In this document: piece after piece, positions 9,020 to 19,114 of the stretch
Layout: every line of letters starts with the position of its first letter
Position numbering within the stretch: the stretch's first letter is position 1
Assembly (NCBI GenBank): GCA_022827095.1
Contig: JAJDTP010000005.1
Coordinates: 647,919 to 711,918, forward strand
Source: Dehalococcoidia bacterium
GTDB lineage: Bacteria > Chloroflexota > Dehalococcoidia > Lucifugimonadales > UBA3495
DNA: 64,000 nt
Reading direction: 5' to 3'
Translations under genes and position numbers: made by a program
The notes under the pieces: model-generated
Told to the model about the DNA's origin: nothing
Databases searched by the model: none
The model's input: the letters and a program-made list of their open reading frames with translations, nothing else

Positions 9020-10144
9020 ATGCCTGTAACCTCGGCGGGTGCCGGCCGTATGCCGATGAGCAATAAGAAAATCGTCGTAGTCGGCGGCGGTACTGGCAAC
9101 CATACCACCCTGACCGGCCTGCGATCCCGTGAATGCGATGTTACGGCGATCGTCGCAATGACCGATAGCGGCGGAAGCAGTGGCCGCCTGCGCGAAGAGA
9201 TGGGCCACCTGCCGCCCGGGGATCTGCGCCGGTGCCTGATGGCCCTCGCTTCGGACTCCGCGGAATCCAACCTGATGCGCCGGTTGTTCGATTTCCGTTT
9301 CTCCACCGGCGACGGGTTGAACGGGCACAGCTTCGGCAATTTGCTACTGGCTGCGCTGACCGAAGTCACCGGAGACACCATCACTGCCATCGATGAGGCG
9401 GCCCGCATCCTCGGCATCAGTGGCACGGTGCTGCCGGTTACCCTGACGAGGTCCACTCTGTGTGCCAAGCTGGTGGACGGATCCGAGTTGATCGGCGAAT
9501 CGGCCATCGATCTGCGGAGCGACAACCTGGACGTCGCAATCGACTACATTTACCTGGACCCGAAGGCGTATGTGTATCCGCCGGTCCTGGACGCGATAGC
9601 TGAAGCCGACGCCATCGTGCTGGGGCCGGGCGACATTTACACCAGCGTTTTGCCGAACCTGCTGGTAGAAGACGTGGCGCAGGCGATCAATGATTCCGAT
9701 GCCATCAAGGTCCACGTGTGCAACCTCATGACCAAGCCCAACGAGAGCGCCGGGTTCTGCACATCCGATTTCCTGGCTCTCCTCATGGAATACCTGGGCA
9801 CGAGCCAGCCACTGGATTTCCTGCTGGTCAACAACACGCCAGTACCGCCGCGGCTGCTGGAGCGCTACGCCGCGGAAGGCCAGCACCCGGTCGCGGTGGA
9901 CGAGTCGGCCTCTCTGACCATGGTCGGGCGAGTAGTTGACAGGCCGCTGCTGGCCCCCGGCGTGTTCATCCGACACAGTCCAACCGCTCTGGCGGAAGCG
10001 ATTATGGACCTCGTCGACTCGGCGGACCGGGCACGACGCTATACGGCAGCGACGCCGCTGGTGTTTGATTGCGACGACCTCGGCGACGTTCTGGCGCCTG
10101 AAGAAACCATGACGGTCGCTCGCGCCAACGCCGACGGCGACTGA
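9020..10144 (+). CDS. YvcK/GlmR (CofD-like, UPF0052) family gluconeogenesis factor
   Basis: KKIVVVGGGTGNHTTLTGLR...VAMTDSGGSSGRLR is the signature N-terminal block of the YvcK/CofD family. The true start may be an internal Met at 9050 or 9056. Confidence 0.8.
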   Translation: MPVTSAGAGRMPMSNKKIVVVGGGTGNHTTLTGLRSRECDVTAIVAMTDSGGSSGRLREEMGHLPPGDLRRCLMALASDSAESNLMRRLFDFRFSTGDGLNGHSFGNLLLAALTEVTGDTITAIDEAARILGISGTVLPVTLTRSTLCAKLVDGSELIGESAIDLRSDNLDVAIDYIYLDPKAYVYPPVLDAIAEADAIVLGPGDIYTSVLPNLLVEDVAQAINDSDAIKVHVCNLMTKPNESAGFCTSDFLALLMEYLGTSQPLDFLLVNNTPVPPRLLERYAAEGQHPVAVDESASLTMVGRVVDRPLLAPGVFIRHSPTALAEAIMDLVDSADRARRYTAATPLVFDCDDLGDVLAPEETMTVARANADGD

Positions 10145-10161
10145 CCCTTCGGATTACAGGT

Positions 10162-12021
10162 ATGTGCGGAATCGTCGGATACGTCGGCGACCGGCCCGCG
10201 TGGCCCTTGGTCGTTGAGGGTCTGCGCCGCCTGGAGTACCGGGGATACGACAGCGCTGGCGTGGCCGTGCTTGGCCCCGAGTCCGGTTTGCAACTGCGGA
10301 AGACCGTCGGACGGGTGCTGGGGTTGCTCCACGATCCCGATTGCCCGGCTCCAAATGGTTCCGCCGGGCTGGGTCACACCCGCTGGGCGACCCACGGGCG
10401 GCCCTCGGAAGCCAACGCCCATCCGCACACTGATTGCACCGGCCAGATCGCCATCGCGCACAACGGCATCGTCGAAAATCACGTCGAGCTCAGGGCAGAT
10501 CTCCGGCGCAAGGGCCACAGATTCAAGTCGGAAACGGACACGGAGGTTATTTCGCATCTGATCGAGGATGCGATGAATGATGGCCTCAGCCTGCCGGACG
10601 CGATGCTGCACATGAGCGCAAAGGTGCAGGGACCCCAGGCGATCGTAGCGGTGCACGATGGTGACAATGACAACCTGTGCGCTTTGAAACTCGGTAACGC
10701 TGGCGGAGTCGCCGTCGCCCACCACGATGGGCAAGGCATCGTGTCCAGTGATCTGCCGGCCCTGTTGCCCATCGTCGGCCGGCGCGGCTACTTGCCGGTT
10801 CGGTTTCTGGACGACGGCGAAGTTGCGGTAGTAACGCGGCAGGGCATCGCTTTCCTGGATCGGGATGGCGGTCCCATCGACAAGCCGATGCTGCACGTTG
10901 ACCTGGACGACGTGTTGGTGGAGCGGGGCGGTTACCGCCACTTCATGCTTAAGGAAATCATGGAGCAGCCCCAGGCCGTAACCGCCGCCCTGCGGGATCG
11001 CGTGGACTTCAGCCGGGGTCTGGTGACACTGCCCGACCTGGCCGTCACCGATAGAGATCTCTCGGAGGTGAAGCGCGTCGTCCTGCTCGGGTGTGGCACA
11101 AGTTTAAACGCCGCCCACGTGGGACGGCACCTGATCGAGCGCTTGGCCGGCATACCGGCCGAGGCGGAATCGGCTTCCGAGTTTCGTTACCGCGAACCGT
11201 TTCTGGATGCGTCCACCCTGGTGGTGGCCATCGGGCAATCCGGCGAAACCGCCGACACCGTCGCGGCGATGGAGGCGGTCCGAAACAGAGGCGCGCGAAT
11301 GGTGACCATTTGCAACGCCGCCAACAGCCAGGCCACCCGTTTGGCCGACCACGCCCTACTGATGGGCTGTGGCGTCGAGGTGGGTGTCGCAAGCACCAAG
11401 ACCTTCCTTTCCTCACTGACGCTGCTGAATCTGTTGGCAATGCGGTTGGGAACGGCCCGCGGTAACCTGGGCTCATCGAAATCCCGGGAATTGGTTGACG
11501 GACTGGCCAGACTACCGGGACACGTGGCCGAGGCTCTGGAAGCAGGCGAGGAAATCGAGCACGTGTCTCGGCTCTACTACGGTCGGGACCATTTCCTGTA
11601 CTTGGGCCGGGGCATCAACTCGCCGGTTGCCACCGAGGGAGCATTGAAGCTCAAAGAGATCAGTTACATCCACGCCGAGGCCTATGCCGCCGGGGAGATG
11701 AAGCACGGGCCCATCGCCCTGATCGATCACAAGATGCCCACGCTGGCACTGGCTCCGCTCGACGATCTGTACGACAAGATGGGGAACAACATCCAGGAGG
11801 TGAAGGCCAGGGACGGGGAAGTGCTGGCGGTCCTCACCCAGGGAGACGACCGGCTTTCCGGTCTGGTGGATCATGCGATGTTTATCCCGGAAACGCCGCC
11901 GAACCTGACGCCATTGCTCGCCACGGTGCCGCTGCAACTGTTCGCTTACCACATCGCCGTCCGACGTGGCTGCGACGTCGATCAGCCTCGCAACCTGGCG
12001 AAATCCGTCACCGTGGAATAG
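10162..12021 (+). CDS. glmS: Glutamine--fructose-6-phosphate aminotransferase (isomerizing)
   Basis: MCGIVGYVG N-terminal nucleophile Cys, two SIS domains, and a C-terminal ...DVDQPRNLAKSVTVE tail typical of GlmS. Confidence 0.95.
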   Translation: MCGIVGYVGDRPAWPLVVEGLRRLEYRGYDSAGVAVLGPESGLQLRKTVGRVLGLLHDPDCPAPNGSAGLGHTRWATHGRPSEANAHPHTDCTGQIAIAHNGIVENHVELRADLRRKGHRFKSETDTEVISHLIEDAMNDGLSLPDAMLHMSAKVQGPQAIVAVHDGDNDNLCALKLGNAGGVAVAHHDGQGIVSSDLPALLPIVGRRGYLPVRFLDDGEVAVVTRQGIAFLDRDGGPIDKPMLHVDLDDVLVERGGYRHFMLKEIMEQPQAVTAALRDRVDFSRGLVTLPDLAVTDRDLSEVKRVVLLGCGTSLNAAHVGRHLIERLAGIPAEAESASEFRYREPFLDASTLVVAIGQSGETADTVAAMEAVRNRGARMVTICNAANSQATRLADHALLMGCGVEVGVASTKTFLSSLTLLNLLAMRLGTARGNLGSSKSRELVDGLARLPGHVAEALEAGEEIEHVSRLYYGRDHFLYLGRGINSPVATEGALKLKEISYIHAEAYAAGEMKHGPIALIDHKMPTLALAPLDDLYDKMGNNIQEVKARDGEVLAVLTQGDDRLSGLVDHAMFIPETPPNLTPLLATVPLQLFAYHIAVRRGCDVDQPRNLAKSVTVE

Positions 12022-12195
12022 CGCTTCGGCACTCGACTGACCTGCCATCCGCGGCAAAACGCGCCAGCCCACTCCGCGTATTCCCCGACCTCTGCTGTAT
12101 CATGATACTGCTTCGGGTCGCCCGGGCTGGACGTTAGGCCGGCCCAGCGTGTGGTGTTCCGGAGCCGGCGGCACTCGAACAGGAGCCTCATCCAT

Positions 12196-13299
12196 ATGGC
12201 ACGCACCACCGTTCTCGTGATGATTGACGGGCTGGACCCGGAATACCTCGCGGCTTGCCCGACGCCCAACCTTCGGCGGTTTGCGCGAGACGGATTCGAG
12301 GTTACTGGCGGGGGCATGATGCCCAGTGTCACCAACGTCAACAACACGACCATGGTAACGGGTCATTACCCGGCACAGCACGGGATAGTTTCCAACTATT
12401 GGTTGGACCGCCAGGCTGGGATCGAGGAGTACGTCGAGTCCGGCGAGTTCATCTGCGCCGACACCATATTCGCCCAATGCCGCCGACGCGAGGGCCGGTC
12501 GTTGCTGGCGGCGTCCAAGGACAAGCTGCGACGCCTGCTGGGCGACGACACGGATCTGGCCTTCTCTTCCGAACGTCCTACCGCCGCCGCCGTGAGCGCC
12601 GCCGGCGACCCGCCTGACATCTATTCTCTGGAGGTCAACGGCTGGACAATCAACGCAGCTCGGGCGGCCTTGAAAGCGCAGTATTACGATCTGGCGTTCA
12701 TCGCCACCACTGACTACGCGATGCACATGCACGGACCGGAGCACCCGGAATCGCGTCGACACCTCGCGGTCCTCGATGAAGCGCTGGGGCAACTGGTTGA
12801 CGACATCCCCGACGTGCAATTGCTGATCACGGCCGATCACGGAATGTCCGACAAGCGGCGTATGCTGAACCTGCCGGCCGTGCTCCGCAGTCGCGGAATC
12901 ATGGCTCGGGCGGTCCCGATCATCAAGGACCTCTACGTTGTGCACCATTCCAATCTTGGGGGTTGCATCTATCTGCATCTGGATGACACGGCCGCCCTGG
13001 AGGACGCGCTGGGCGTCTTGCGGGAAACCGACGGCATCGAGGAGGCTCTTCCCAGGGACAAGGCGGCGGAGCGGTTCTCCCTGATGGCGGAGCGCATCGG
13101 TGACATCGTTGTCACCGGAGCCTCGGACGTTGTATTCGGCGACCCGGTCGAGGTGACCTTGCCGGCCGGGTTGCGCTCGCACGGGTCCGCCCACGAGCGT
13201 CGGGTTCCGATAATCGGTTACGGCGGGGATTTTGGCGGGTTCGAGTTCCGCGAGAACCGGGACCTGGGCCGCTACGTGTCGGAACGGGTCCTCGGATGA
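12196..13299 (+). CDS. Alkaline-phosphatase superfamily protein (nucleotide pyrophosphatase / phosphonoacetate hydrolase-like)
   Basis: VLVMIDGLDPEYL...MPSVTNVNNTTMVTGHYPAQHGIVSNYW is the metal-site/nucleophile-Thr block of type I phosphodiesterase/PhnA-like enzymes. The ATG at 12196 is preferred over the upstream track start. Confidence 0.75.
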   Translation: MARTTVLVMIDGLDPEYLAACPTPNLRRFARDGFEVTGGGMMPSVTNVNNTTMVTGHYPAQHGIVSNYWLDRQAGIEEYVESGEFICADTIFAQCRRREGRSLLAASKDKLRRLLGDDTDLAFSSERPTAAAVSAAGDPPDIYSLEVNGWTINAARAALKAQYYDLAFIATTDYAMHMHGPEHPESRRHLAVLDEALGQLVDDIPDVQLLITADHGMSDKRRMLNLPAVLRSRGIMARAVPIIKDLYVVHHSNLGGCIYLHLDDTAALEDALGVLRETDGIEEALPRDKAAERFSLMAERIGDIVVTGASDVVFGDPVEVTLPAGLRSHGSAHERRVPIIGYGGDFGGFEFRENRDLGRYVSERVLG

Positions 13300-14237
13300 C
13301 CTCAGAGGAAACGTTGAACACGGTAGAAGTGCGGGCCCCGGCCACGACCGCTAACCTCGGCCCCGGGTACGACTGCCTGGGGATGGCATTGGACTTGTGG
13401 AACACGCTGTCCGTGGAGGTTCTCCCGGAGGGTTCCGAACCGCAAGTGATCGTTTCGGGCGAGGGTGCCGGGGAATTGGATTCCGACACGCAAAACCTGA
13501 CCTATCGGGCCATCGAGTTTCTGTTCAACGAAGCCGATGCTCCGCTGCCGCCGTTGTCGCTGCATTGCGAAAACGCGATACCGCTGAGCCGGGGAATGGG
13601 CAGCAGCGCGGCGGCGATTGCCGGCGGTCTGGTGGCAGGCAACCGCTTGCTTGACGACGTGTTCAGCCAGGACGATCTGCTGGAAATGGCGGCGACCATC
13701 GAAGGGCACCCGGACAACGTCGCCGCGGCCATCCACGGGGGTATGCGGTTGGTGGTCATGGACGACAATCGCATGTACACCGCTCCCATACGCGTGCCGG
13801 CGGATTTGCAGGCGGTCTTGTTCATCCCGGACCGCCGGATCGCAACCGCGGACGCCAGGCGCGTGTTGCCGTCGGAAATTCCCGTCGCGGACGCGGTGTA
13901 CAATATGAGCCGCGCCGCGCTGCTGGTGGCGAGCATGGAGTCAGACCATCCCGAATACCTCAATATCGCCACCCAAGATCGGCTGCACCAACCCTATCGT
14001 CAAACCATTTTTCCGCAGATGAAGGTGATTTTTGCCGCGGCCCAGGCGGCCGGCGCGTTCGGAGTTTTCCTTTCCGGCAGCGGCAGCACGATCCTGGCCT
14101 TTGCCCGTGACCGCGCGATGACGGTTGCCTATGAAATGTTCGACGCGGCACGGCTGGCAGGGGTGGACGGCCGGGTCGAAGTCACTCAGCCGACCGCGCT
14201 GGGAGCGCACGTCATCGGTTACCCCGCCGGCGGGTGA
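13296..14237 (+). CDS. thrB: Homoserine kinase
   Basis: VRAPATTANLGPGYDCLGMAL..., GHMP-kinase motif PLSRGMGSSAAA. The start overlaps the upstream stop as ATGA. Confidence 0.9.
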   Translation: MTSEETLNTVEVRAPATTANLGPGYDCLGMALDLWNTLSVEVLPEGSEPQVIVSGEGAGELDSDTQNLTYRAIEFLFNEADAPLPPLSLHCENAIPLSRGMGSSAAAIAGGLVAGNRLLDDVFSQDDLLEMAATIEGHPDNVAAAIHGGMRLVVMDDNRMYTAPIRVPADLQAVLFIPDRRIATADARRVLPSEIPVADAVYNMSRAALLVASMESDHPEYLNIATQDRLHQPYRQTIFPQMKVIFAAAQAAGAFGVFLSGSGSTILAFARDRAMTVAYEMFDAARLAGVDGRVEVTQPTALGAHVIGYPAGG

Positions 14238-14315
14238 CGGAAACCGACGCCGCGTTTCCGGCTTCGATGTTGATAACATGAGAATCGCCCGCGTTGCAGC
14301 ACGTAAACAGTCCTG

Positions 14316-15545
14316 ATGTCGCTTTACGTCCACAAATACGGCGGTAGCTCCGTCGCCGACGCAGAGAAAATCGTGAACGTGGCGCGGCGCATCGCCACGG
14401 TTTATGACGAAGGTCATCAGATAGTCACCGTGGTTTCGGCAATGGGCGACACCACGGACGAGTTGATTGATCTGGCGCGCACCGTTTCCAGCGAGCCCGA
14501 TCCTCGCGAACTCGATTTCCTGCTGTCCACCGGGGAGCTGGTGTCGATCACGTTGCTGTCCATGGCGTTGCGCAATCTGGGGTACGACGCCATTAGCCTG
14601 AGCGGTCCCCAGGCCGGCATCCGAACCGACAATTCCTACGGCCGCGCGCGGATCAGCCAGGTGGACCCCGAGCGCGTCCGACGGGAACTGGATGCGGGAC
14701 GGTTGGTCATCGTCGCCGGTTTTCAGGGTCTCACGCCCGACGACGATATCACCACGCTGGGTCGCGGCGGTTCGGATACCACCGCTGTAGCCCTGGCGGC
14801 CGCGCTCCGGGCGGACCGTTGCGACATCTACACGGACGTAGAGGGAATCTACACCGCCGACCCGAGAATCGTGGGCAGAGCTGCGAAAATGCCCGAAGTG
14901 GGCTACGAAGAGATGCTCGAACTGGCCGCCGCGGGGGCGAAGATGCACCCCCGGTCAATCGAATTGGGCGCGGTCTATAATGTTCCCATCTACGTGGCGT
15001 CAAGCTTCGTTGACGCTCCGGGAACCCTTATTCATCAAGCATCGGACGAAAGGCAGATGGAAGACCGGATCAAGGTAACTGGCATCGCGTACCAGACAAA
15101 CGTAGCGAAAGTGACCGTTTGCCGGGTGGCCGACCAACCCGGCGTGGCAGCGGCGCTGTTCGAGCCATTGTCCGCTGCCGGCATCAACGTGGACACCATC
15201 GTCCAGAACACGAGCGCGGACCGCACCACCACTGACATCAGTTTCACGGTGACCACGGATGATCTGCCCCGGGCCCTCCGGGTAATGGCTCCCCTGGAGG
15301 CGACGCTGGGAACCGATCAGGTGATCAGCGACCCCACGCTGGCATCGGTAAGCGTGGTAGGGTCGGGGATGCAGAACACCCCGGGTTACGCCTCGCGGAT
15401 GTTTCGCATCCTGGCCGATGGCGGGATCAACATCGACATGATCACGACGTCGGAGATCCGAATCTCGTGCATCATCAATCGGGACCAGGCGCAGGAAGCC
15501 GTCCGCTTGCTGCACCAGGGCTTCGAACTGGACGAGTCCGATTAG
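14316..15545 (+). CDS. Aspartate kinase (with two C-terminal ACT domains)
   Basis: MSLYVHKYGGSSVADAEKI...VVSAMGDTTDELI is the canonical aspartokinase N-terminus; 409 aa. Confidence 0.95.
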   Translation: MSLYVHKYGGSSVADAEKIVNVARRIATVYDEGHQIVTVVSAMGDTTDELIDLARTVSSEPDPRELDFLLSTGELVSITLLSMALRNLGYDAISLSGPQAGIRTDNSYGRARISQVDPERVRRELDAGRLVIVAGFQGLTPDDDITTLGRGGSDTTAVALAAALRADRCDIYTDVEGIYTADPRIVGRAAKMPEVGYEEMLELAAAGAKMHPRSIELGAVYNVPIYVASSFVDAPGTLIHQASDERQMEDRIKVTGIAYQTNVAKVTVCRVADQPGVAAALFEPLSAAGINVDTIVQNTSADRTTTDISFTVTTDDLPRALRVMAPLEATLGTDQVISDPTLASVSVVGSGMQNTPGYASRMFRILADGGINIDMITTSEIRISCIINRDQAQEAVRLLHQGFELDESD

Positions 15546-15563
15546 GCGGCCGTTGGCCGGACG

Positions 15564-16292
15564 GTGATGTCCGATTGCTACCTTTCCGTCGTCATTCCGG
15601 CCTACAACGAGGAAAGCCGACTTCCTGAGACGCTAGAGTCCGTTCGCGCCTATCTCGCCGGGAAGGCCTACCCGTGGGAGATCATCGTAGCCGACGACGG
15701 AAGTGAGGACGCGACCGCGGCCACCGTGTCCCGCGTCCGGCAAACGGACGAACGGGTGAAGCTTCTTCCTTTGCCACATCGGGGCAAGGGTTGGGCGGTC
15801 AAGAACGGGATGCTGGCGGCTCGAGGCGAATACCGTTTTCTGTGCGACGCCGACCTCTCCATGCCGATAGATTTGTTGGACCGCCTGCTGCCCGGCAACG
15901 CGCCAACGTCGGACATCGTCATCGGCTCCCGGGAAGCGTCCGGTGCCCGACGCATCGGCGAGCCGAGACGACGATGGCTGATGGGCCGAGTTTTCAACGC
16001 CATGACTCGCGTGCTGGCCACGCCGGGCATCGCTGACACTCAATGCGGGTTCAAGGTATTCCGCGCCGCCGCCGCTGAGAAGTTGTTTGCGCGGCAGGCG
16101 CTGGATGGCTTCGCGTTTGATGCAGAAGTCCTGTTTCTCGCGCGCCGTTGCGGGTTCAGCGTGGCCGAGGTCGGGATCGACTGGCATTACCGTTCCGAGA
16201 GCAAGGTCCGGCCAATCCGCGATGGATGGCGCACTCTGCGAGACCTCGTCATCATCCGCTACCGATGGTTGTCCGGCTTCTACGAACGGTGA
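15564..16292 (+). CDS. Family 2 glycosyltransferase (dolichyl/polyprenyl-phosphate glycosyltransferase-like)
   Basis: LSVVIPAYNEESRLPETL...IIVADDGSEDAT...CDADLSMP (DxD) is the GT-A fold GT2 pattern. Confidence 0.85.
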   Translation: MMSDCYLSVVIPAYNEESRLPETLESVRAYLAGKAYPWEIIVADDGSEDATAATVSRVRQTDERVKLLPLPHRGKGWAVKNGMLAARGEYRFLCDADLSMPIDLLDRLLPGNAPTSDIVIGSREASGARRIGEPRRRWLMGRVFNAMTRVLATPGIADTQCGFKVFRAAAAEKLFARQALDGFAFDAEVLFLARRCGFSVAEVGIDWHYRSESKVRPIRDGWRTLRDLVIIRYRWLSGFYER

Positions 16293-16456
16293 GATGAGGG
16301 CATTCCAACCGCGCGTTCAAGGCCCGACCCAGCGACATCGACAAATAGCCGAAATCGGCAGTCGCAATAGATTGAACATTCACCGCAGGTGGGTGTAATG
16401 CTATGTCCAGGCATCATTAGTGGTAGGGCTGGGTAGTCGATCGGTGGCGGAGGGCA

Positions 16457-17410
16457 GTGATGATGAATAAGGTGACAGATTTGCAACGTCAAGCGGCGGG
16501 CACCGATGCAACGGGGAGCCGCGCCAGGGCCCAACTGGGCAAACAAGCTATCCGATGCGCACTGAACGGCGAATGGGAAGAGGCCGCCGCGGCAAACCGC
16601 CAGATTCTGGACATCTGTCCCACTGACTGCGAGGCGACCAATCGGTTGGCGAAAGCCCTCATGGAGCTTGGCGACTATCCTGAGGCCCGCAAGATCCTGG
16701 AGCAGCTTCGAGTGCGTTCACCCTCCAACGTCATCGCGCGGAAGAACCTTGCGCGGCTTGACCAGCTGGAAAGCCGGCCCGGAGAACTCGGCTCACAACC
16801 CGCGGCGGCAGGAAAGTCTCCAGACATGTTCATCGCCGAAAGCGGCAAGTCCTGCACCACTACGCTGTGCCGCACGGCTGGTCCACCGGAGGATGCGCCG
16901 GTCAGCGCCGGCGACGTGGTAGTGCTGAAGGCCCAGAACGACGGGATAATCGTCAATGCGTTGGATGGACAATATCTGGGAGCGCTGCGACGGCGGTTGG
17001 GCCGGCGGGTGAACAAACTGATGACTGGCGGCAACCAGTACGACGCGGCCGTGGTCGGGATCGAACCGGACGGGTTGTCGGTGATTCTCCGTGAAACAGG
17101 TCAGGCGCCGGCGCTGCGCCACGTGGTCTCCTTTCCGGCCCAGGTGATCGAACCTTACCGGGCTGAGCCGGCGGCTGAACCTGATGAGTTCAAGCCAGCA
17201 GCGAATGAAGAGCCGGACCCGACTCCGGCGGATGCCATCGATCCTGACGACGCCATAGACCCCGCTGAAACCGCGCTAATGGACATGCCCGATGAAACGC
17301 CGGTTGAGTCGGTAGGAGACGACGACGTTCCAACGTTGGACACCGACGACGATGCGACCGATTGGCCGCCGGTAACCCCACCCTCGGATGACGAGGAGGA
17401 GTGGGAGTAG
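16457..17410 (+). CDS. Hypothetical protein with an N-terminal TPR-like region and a strongly acidic Asp/Glu/Pro-rich C-terminal tail
   Basis: The ORF has coding-like composition. The TPR-like helices read EATNRLAKALMELGDYPEARKILEQL, and the tail reads DAIDPDDAIDP...DDDATDWPP...SDDEEEWE. I do not recognise a family. Confidence 0.55.
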   Translation: MMMNKVTDLQRQAAGTDATGSRARAQLGKQAIRCALNGEWEEAAAANRQILDICPTDCEATNRLAKALMELGDYPEARKILEQLRVRSPSNVIARKNLARLDQLESRPGELGSQPAAAGKSPDMFIAESGKSCTTTLCRTAGPPEDAPVSAGDVVVLKAQNDGIIVNALDGQYLGALRRRLGRRVNKLMTGGNQYDAAVVGIEPDGLSVILRETGQAPALRHVVSFPAQVIEPYRAEPAAEPDEFKPAANEEPDPTPADAIDPDDAIDPAETALMDMPDETPVESVGDDDVPTLDTDDDATDWPPVTPPSDDEEEWE

Positions 17411-17434
17411 CGGCGCGCTGGCCGCGCGGGTGGG

Positions 17435-19114
17435 TCAGGCTTGGCCGGCTCCTCGCGCCCGGGAATCGAGGCTGACCGCCAAACTTGACCGGAAGGGACG
17501 CACGCGGTTGTCCTGGTGCGGGACGCCCATTGGCACCACAAACACTGCTTCCTGTCCGGCGGAGTGTGGCCCGAAAAATTCGACCACGGCATCGTCGAAG
17601 AAGGTGAGGCCGGTGGCTCCCAGCCCCAGAGCGTGACAGGCGAGGTATATCCGGCCGCCGATCATGCCTGCGACGGTTTGCGCCATCCGGTATCCCCGGG
17701 GTCCGAATTCCCGGTCGATCAAGGGCAAGTCGGCCGTGATGAACGCTACCGCCGCAGCGTCAGCCGGAAGCGCCTGCTCGAAACCCAGGTGCCCGGCCGT
17801 TTCGTGGAAATCGCCTTCCTTGAGCAACCGCAACCCGTTGTAGAAGCGATTGTAGTAATAGGCTCCTGAGGCAAGCCCGTCAACCGCGTTTACGATCAGA
17901 TAGACGCTCAGGTAAGGCGAGAACCCGTCCGCGAGATGCGGCGCGTTGATAGGGTTTCCGGCAGCGTCAATGATGGAGCGGAAATCCTCCCACGAGACCG
18001 GGTCAGTGGCAAAGCGTCTGGTCGACCCCCGGGAACGGATGCACTCGCTCAGGGATTGCGCGGTGCGTGACGGGAGGTCCAATTCCCCGTCAAAGCTCCC
18101 ATCGGAGCCGGAACGGAGCGGGCGGAACCCTTCGCCCGTGCCGTCCAATTCGTCCTTGTCGCCGCTACGACCGGGGTCAACGGGCGCATTCCAGTCCGCG
18201 ACGTCCTCGCCGGCTCGCAACCAGGAAGCCAGGTGAATTTCACGCGACAACGGATATTCCAGGGCGCCGACCGCGAGTTCGTTGCTTTCCTGGGGCAACA
18301 TTCCCGGAACGTCACCGGAACCGGGGTTCAACATGCCGTCCGGACTGCCGATCGTCGCCAGCAGGGACGGCGCTTCCTCGATCCCGTCGATCCCGATGTA
18401 CCCGGTAAGCGAACGATCCACGAATCCAAATTTCAGACCTACCGATGTGCCGGCAGCGTTTCCGGTCGCCGCGAGATTGGCAGCAATGGTGCCCAGATCC
18501 CAGTAACAATAGCGGTAGCCCCGCTCCCGGTATTTCCACGCGCTCCGCCAGAACACGGTAGTGAATACCAGGGTTGCCGGGTAGGCGGCGTGATCTTGAG
18601 CGGCGGCGGCCACCCACCGCCGCAGGTCGCCGTTGCGGAGGCGGGCCAGGGTGAAATCAAGAGGGTTGAAGTGGTATACGCCGGCGCGAAGACCGTCCAG
18701 GTCGCCGCAGACCACGTACACCTCGGTTGGATACAAAGCACCGGCGGAGGCGGCCGCACGATAATGCACCTCGCCGTCCCGCAACGTTCTTCGGCGGATG
18801 ACCGCGGCCGCGTGGTAAAGCAGCTCGGCCAACGTTTGCAGAGTCGGCGGCCTTTCCGCGTCCCCGGTTTGGCCGGTCTCGCGGATCGCGCGCAGTGTGG
18901 ACATTTCCTGGCCGGATGACGCGGCCACGTCGGGCAGGGGAATTGCCCGCAAATCGGGATAGACCTTGTACAGTGGGGGCTTGTTGCTGAGGTTGATGTA
19001 TTGGAGCTTGGTGGCGTCGTTGAACGAGGCCGCCAGGTTTGGGCGGTCGGGCGCCTGGTTGGTAACCATGTCTTGCTGTCCTGTTCGCGTTGCGTCTGGG
19101 CGGTCAAAAGGCAC
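17435..19114 (-). CDS. SagB/ThcOx-type dehydrogenase (tandem nitroreductase-fold domains)
   Basis: 559 aa. Two nitroreductase-like halves contain ...RRTLRDGEVHYRAAASAGALYPTEVYVV... and ...SRGSTRRF...SPYLSVYLIV..., typical of SagB-type FMN dehydrogenases. The alternative start at 19069 (MVTNQ) would remove the overlap with folB. Confidence 0.75.
   Translation of the reverse strand: MPFDRPDATRTGQQDMVTNQAPDRPNLAASFNDATKLQYINLSNKPPLYKVYPDLRAIPLPDVAASSGQEMSTLRAIRETGQTGDAERPPTLQTLAELLYHAAAVIRRRTLRDGEVHYRAAASAGALYPTEVYVVCGDLDGLRAGVYHFNPLDFTLARLRNGDLRRWVAAAAQDHAAYPATLVFTTVFWRSAWKYRERGYRYCYWDLGTIAANLAATGNAAGTSVGLKFGFVDRSLTGYIGIDGIEEAPSLLATIGSPDGMLNPGSGDVPGMLPQESNELAVGALEYPLSREIHLASWLRAGEDVADWNAPVDPGRSGDKDELDGTGEGFRPLRSGSDGSFDGELDLPSRTAQSLSECIRSRGSTRRFATDPVSWEDFRSIIDAAGNPINAPHLADGFSPYLSVYLIVNAVDGLASGAYYYNRFYNGLRLLKEGDFHETAGHLGFEQALPADAAAVAFITADLPLIDREFGPRGYRMAQTVAGMIGGRIYLACHALGLGATGLTFFDDAVVEFFGPHSAGQEAVFVVPMGVPHQDNRVRPFRSSLAVSLDSRARGAGQA

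Noticed and set aside
10145-10161. glmS ribozyme upstream of glmS
   Set aside because: Only 17 nt separate glmS from the preceding gene, so there is no room for the roughly 170-nt ribozyme.
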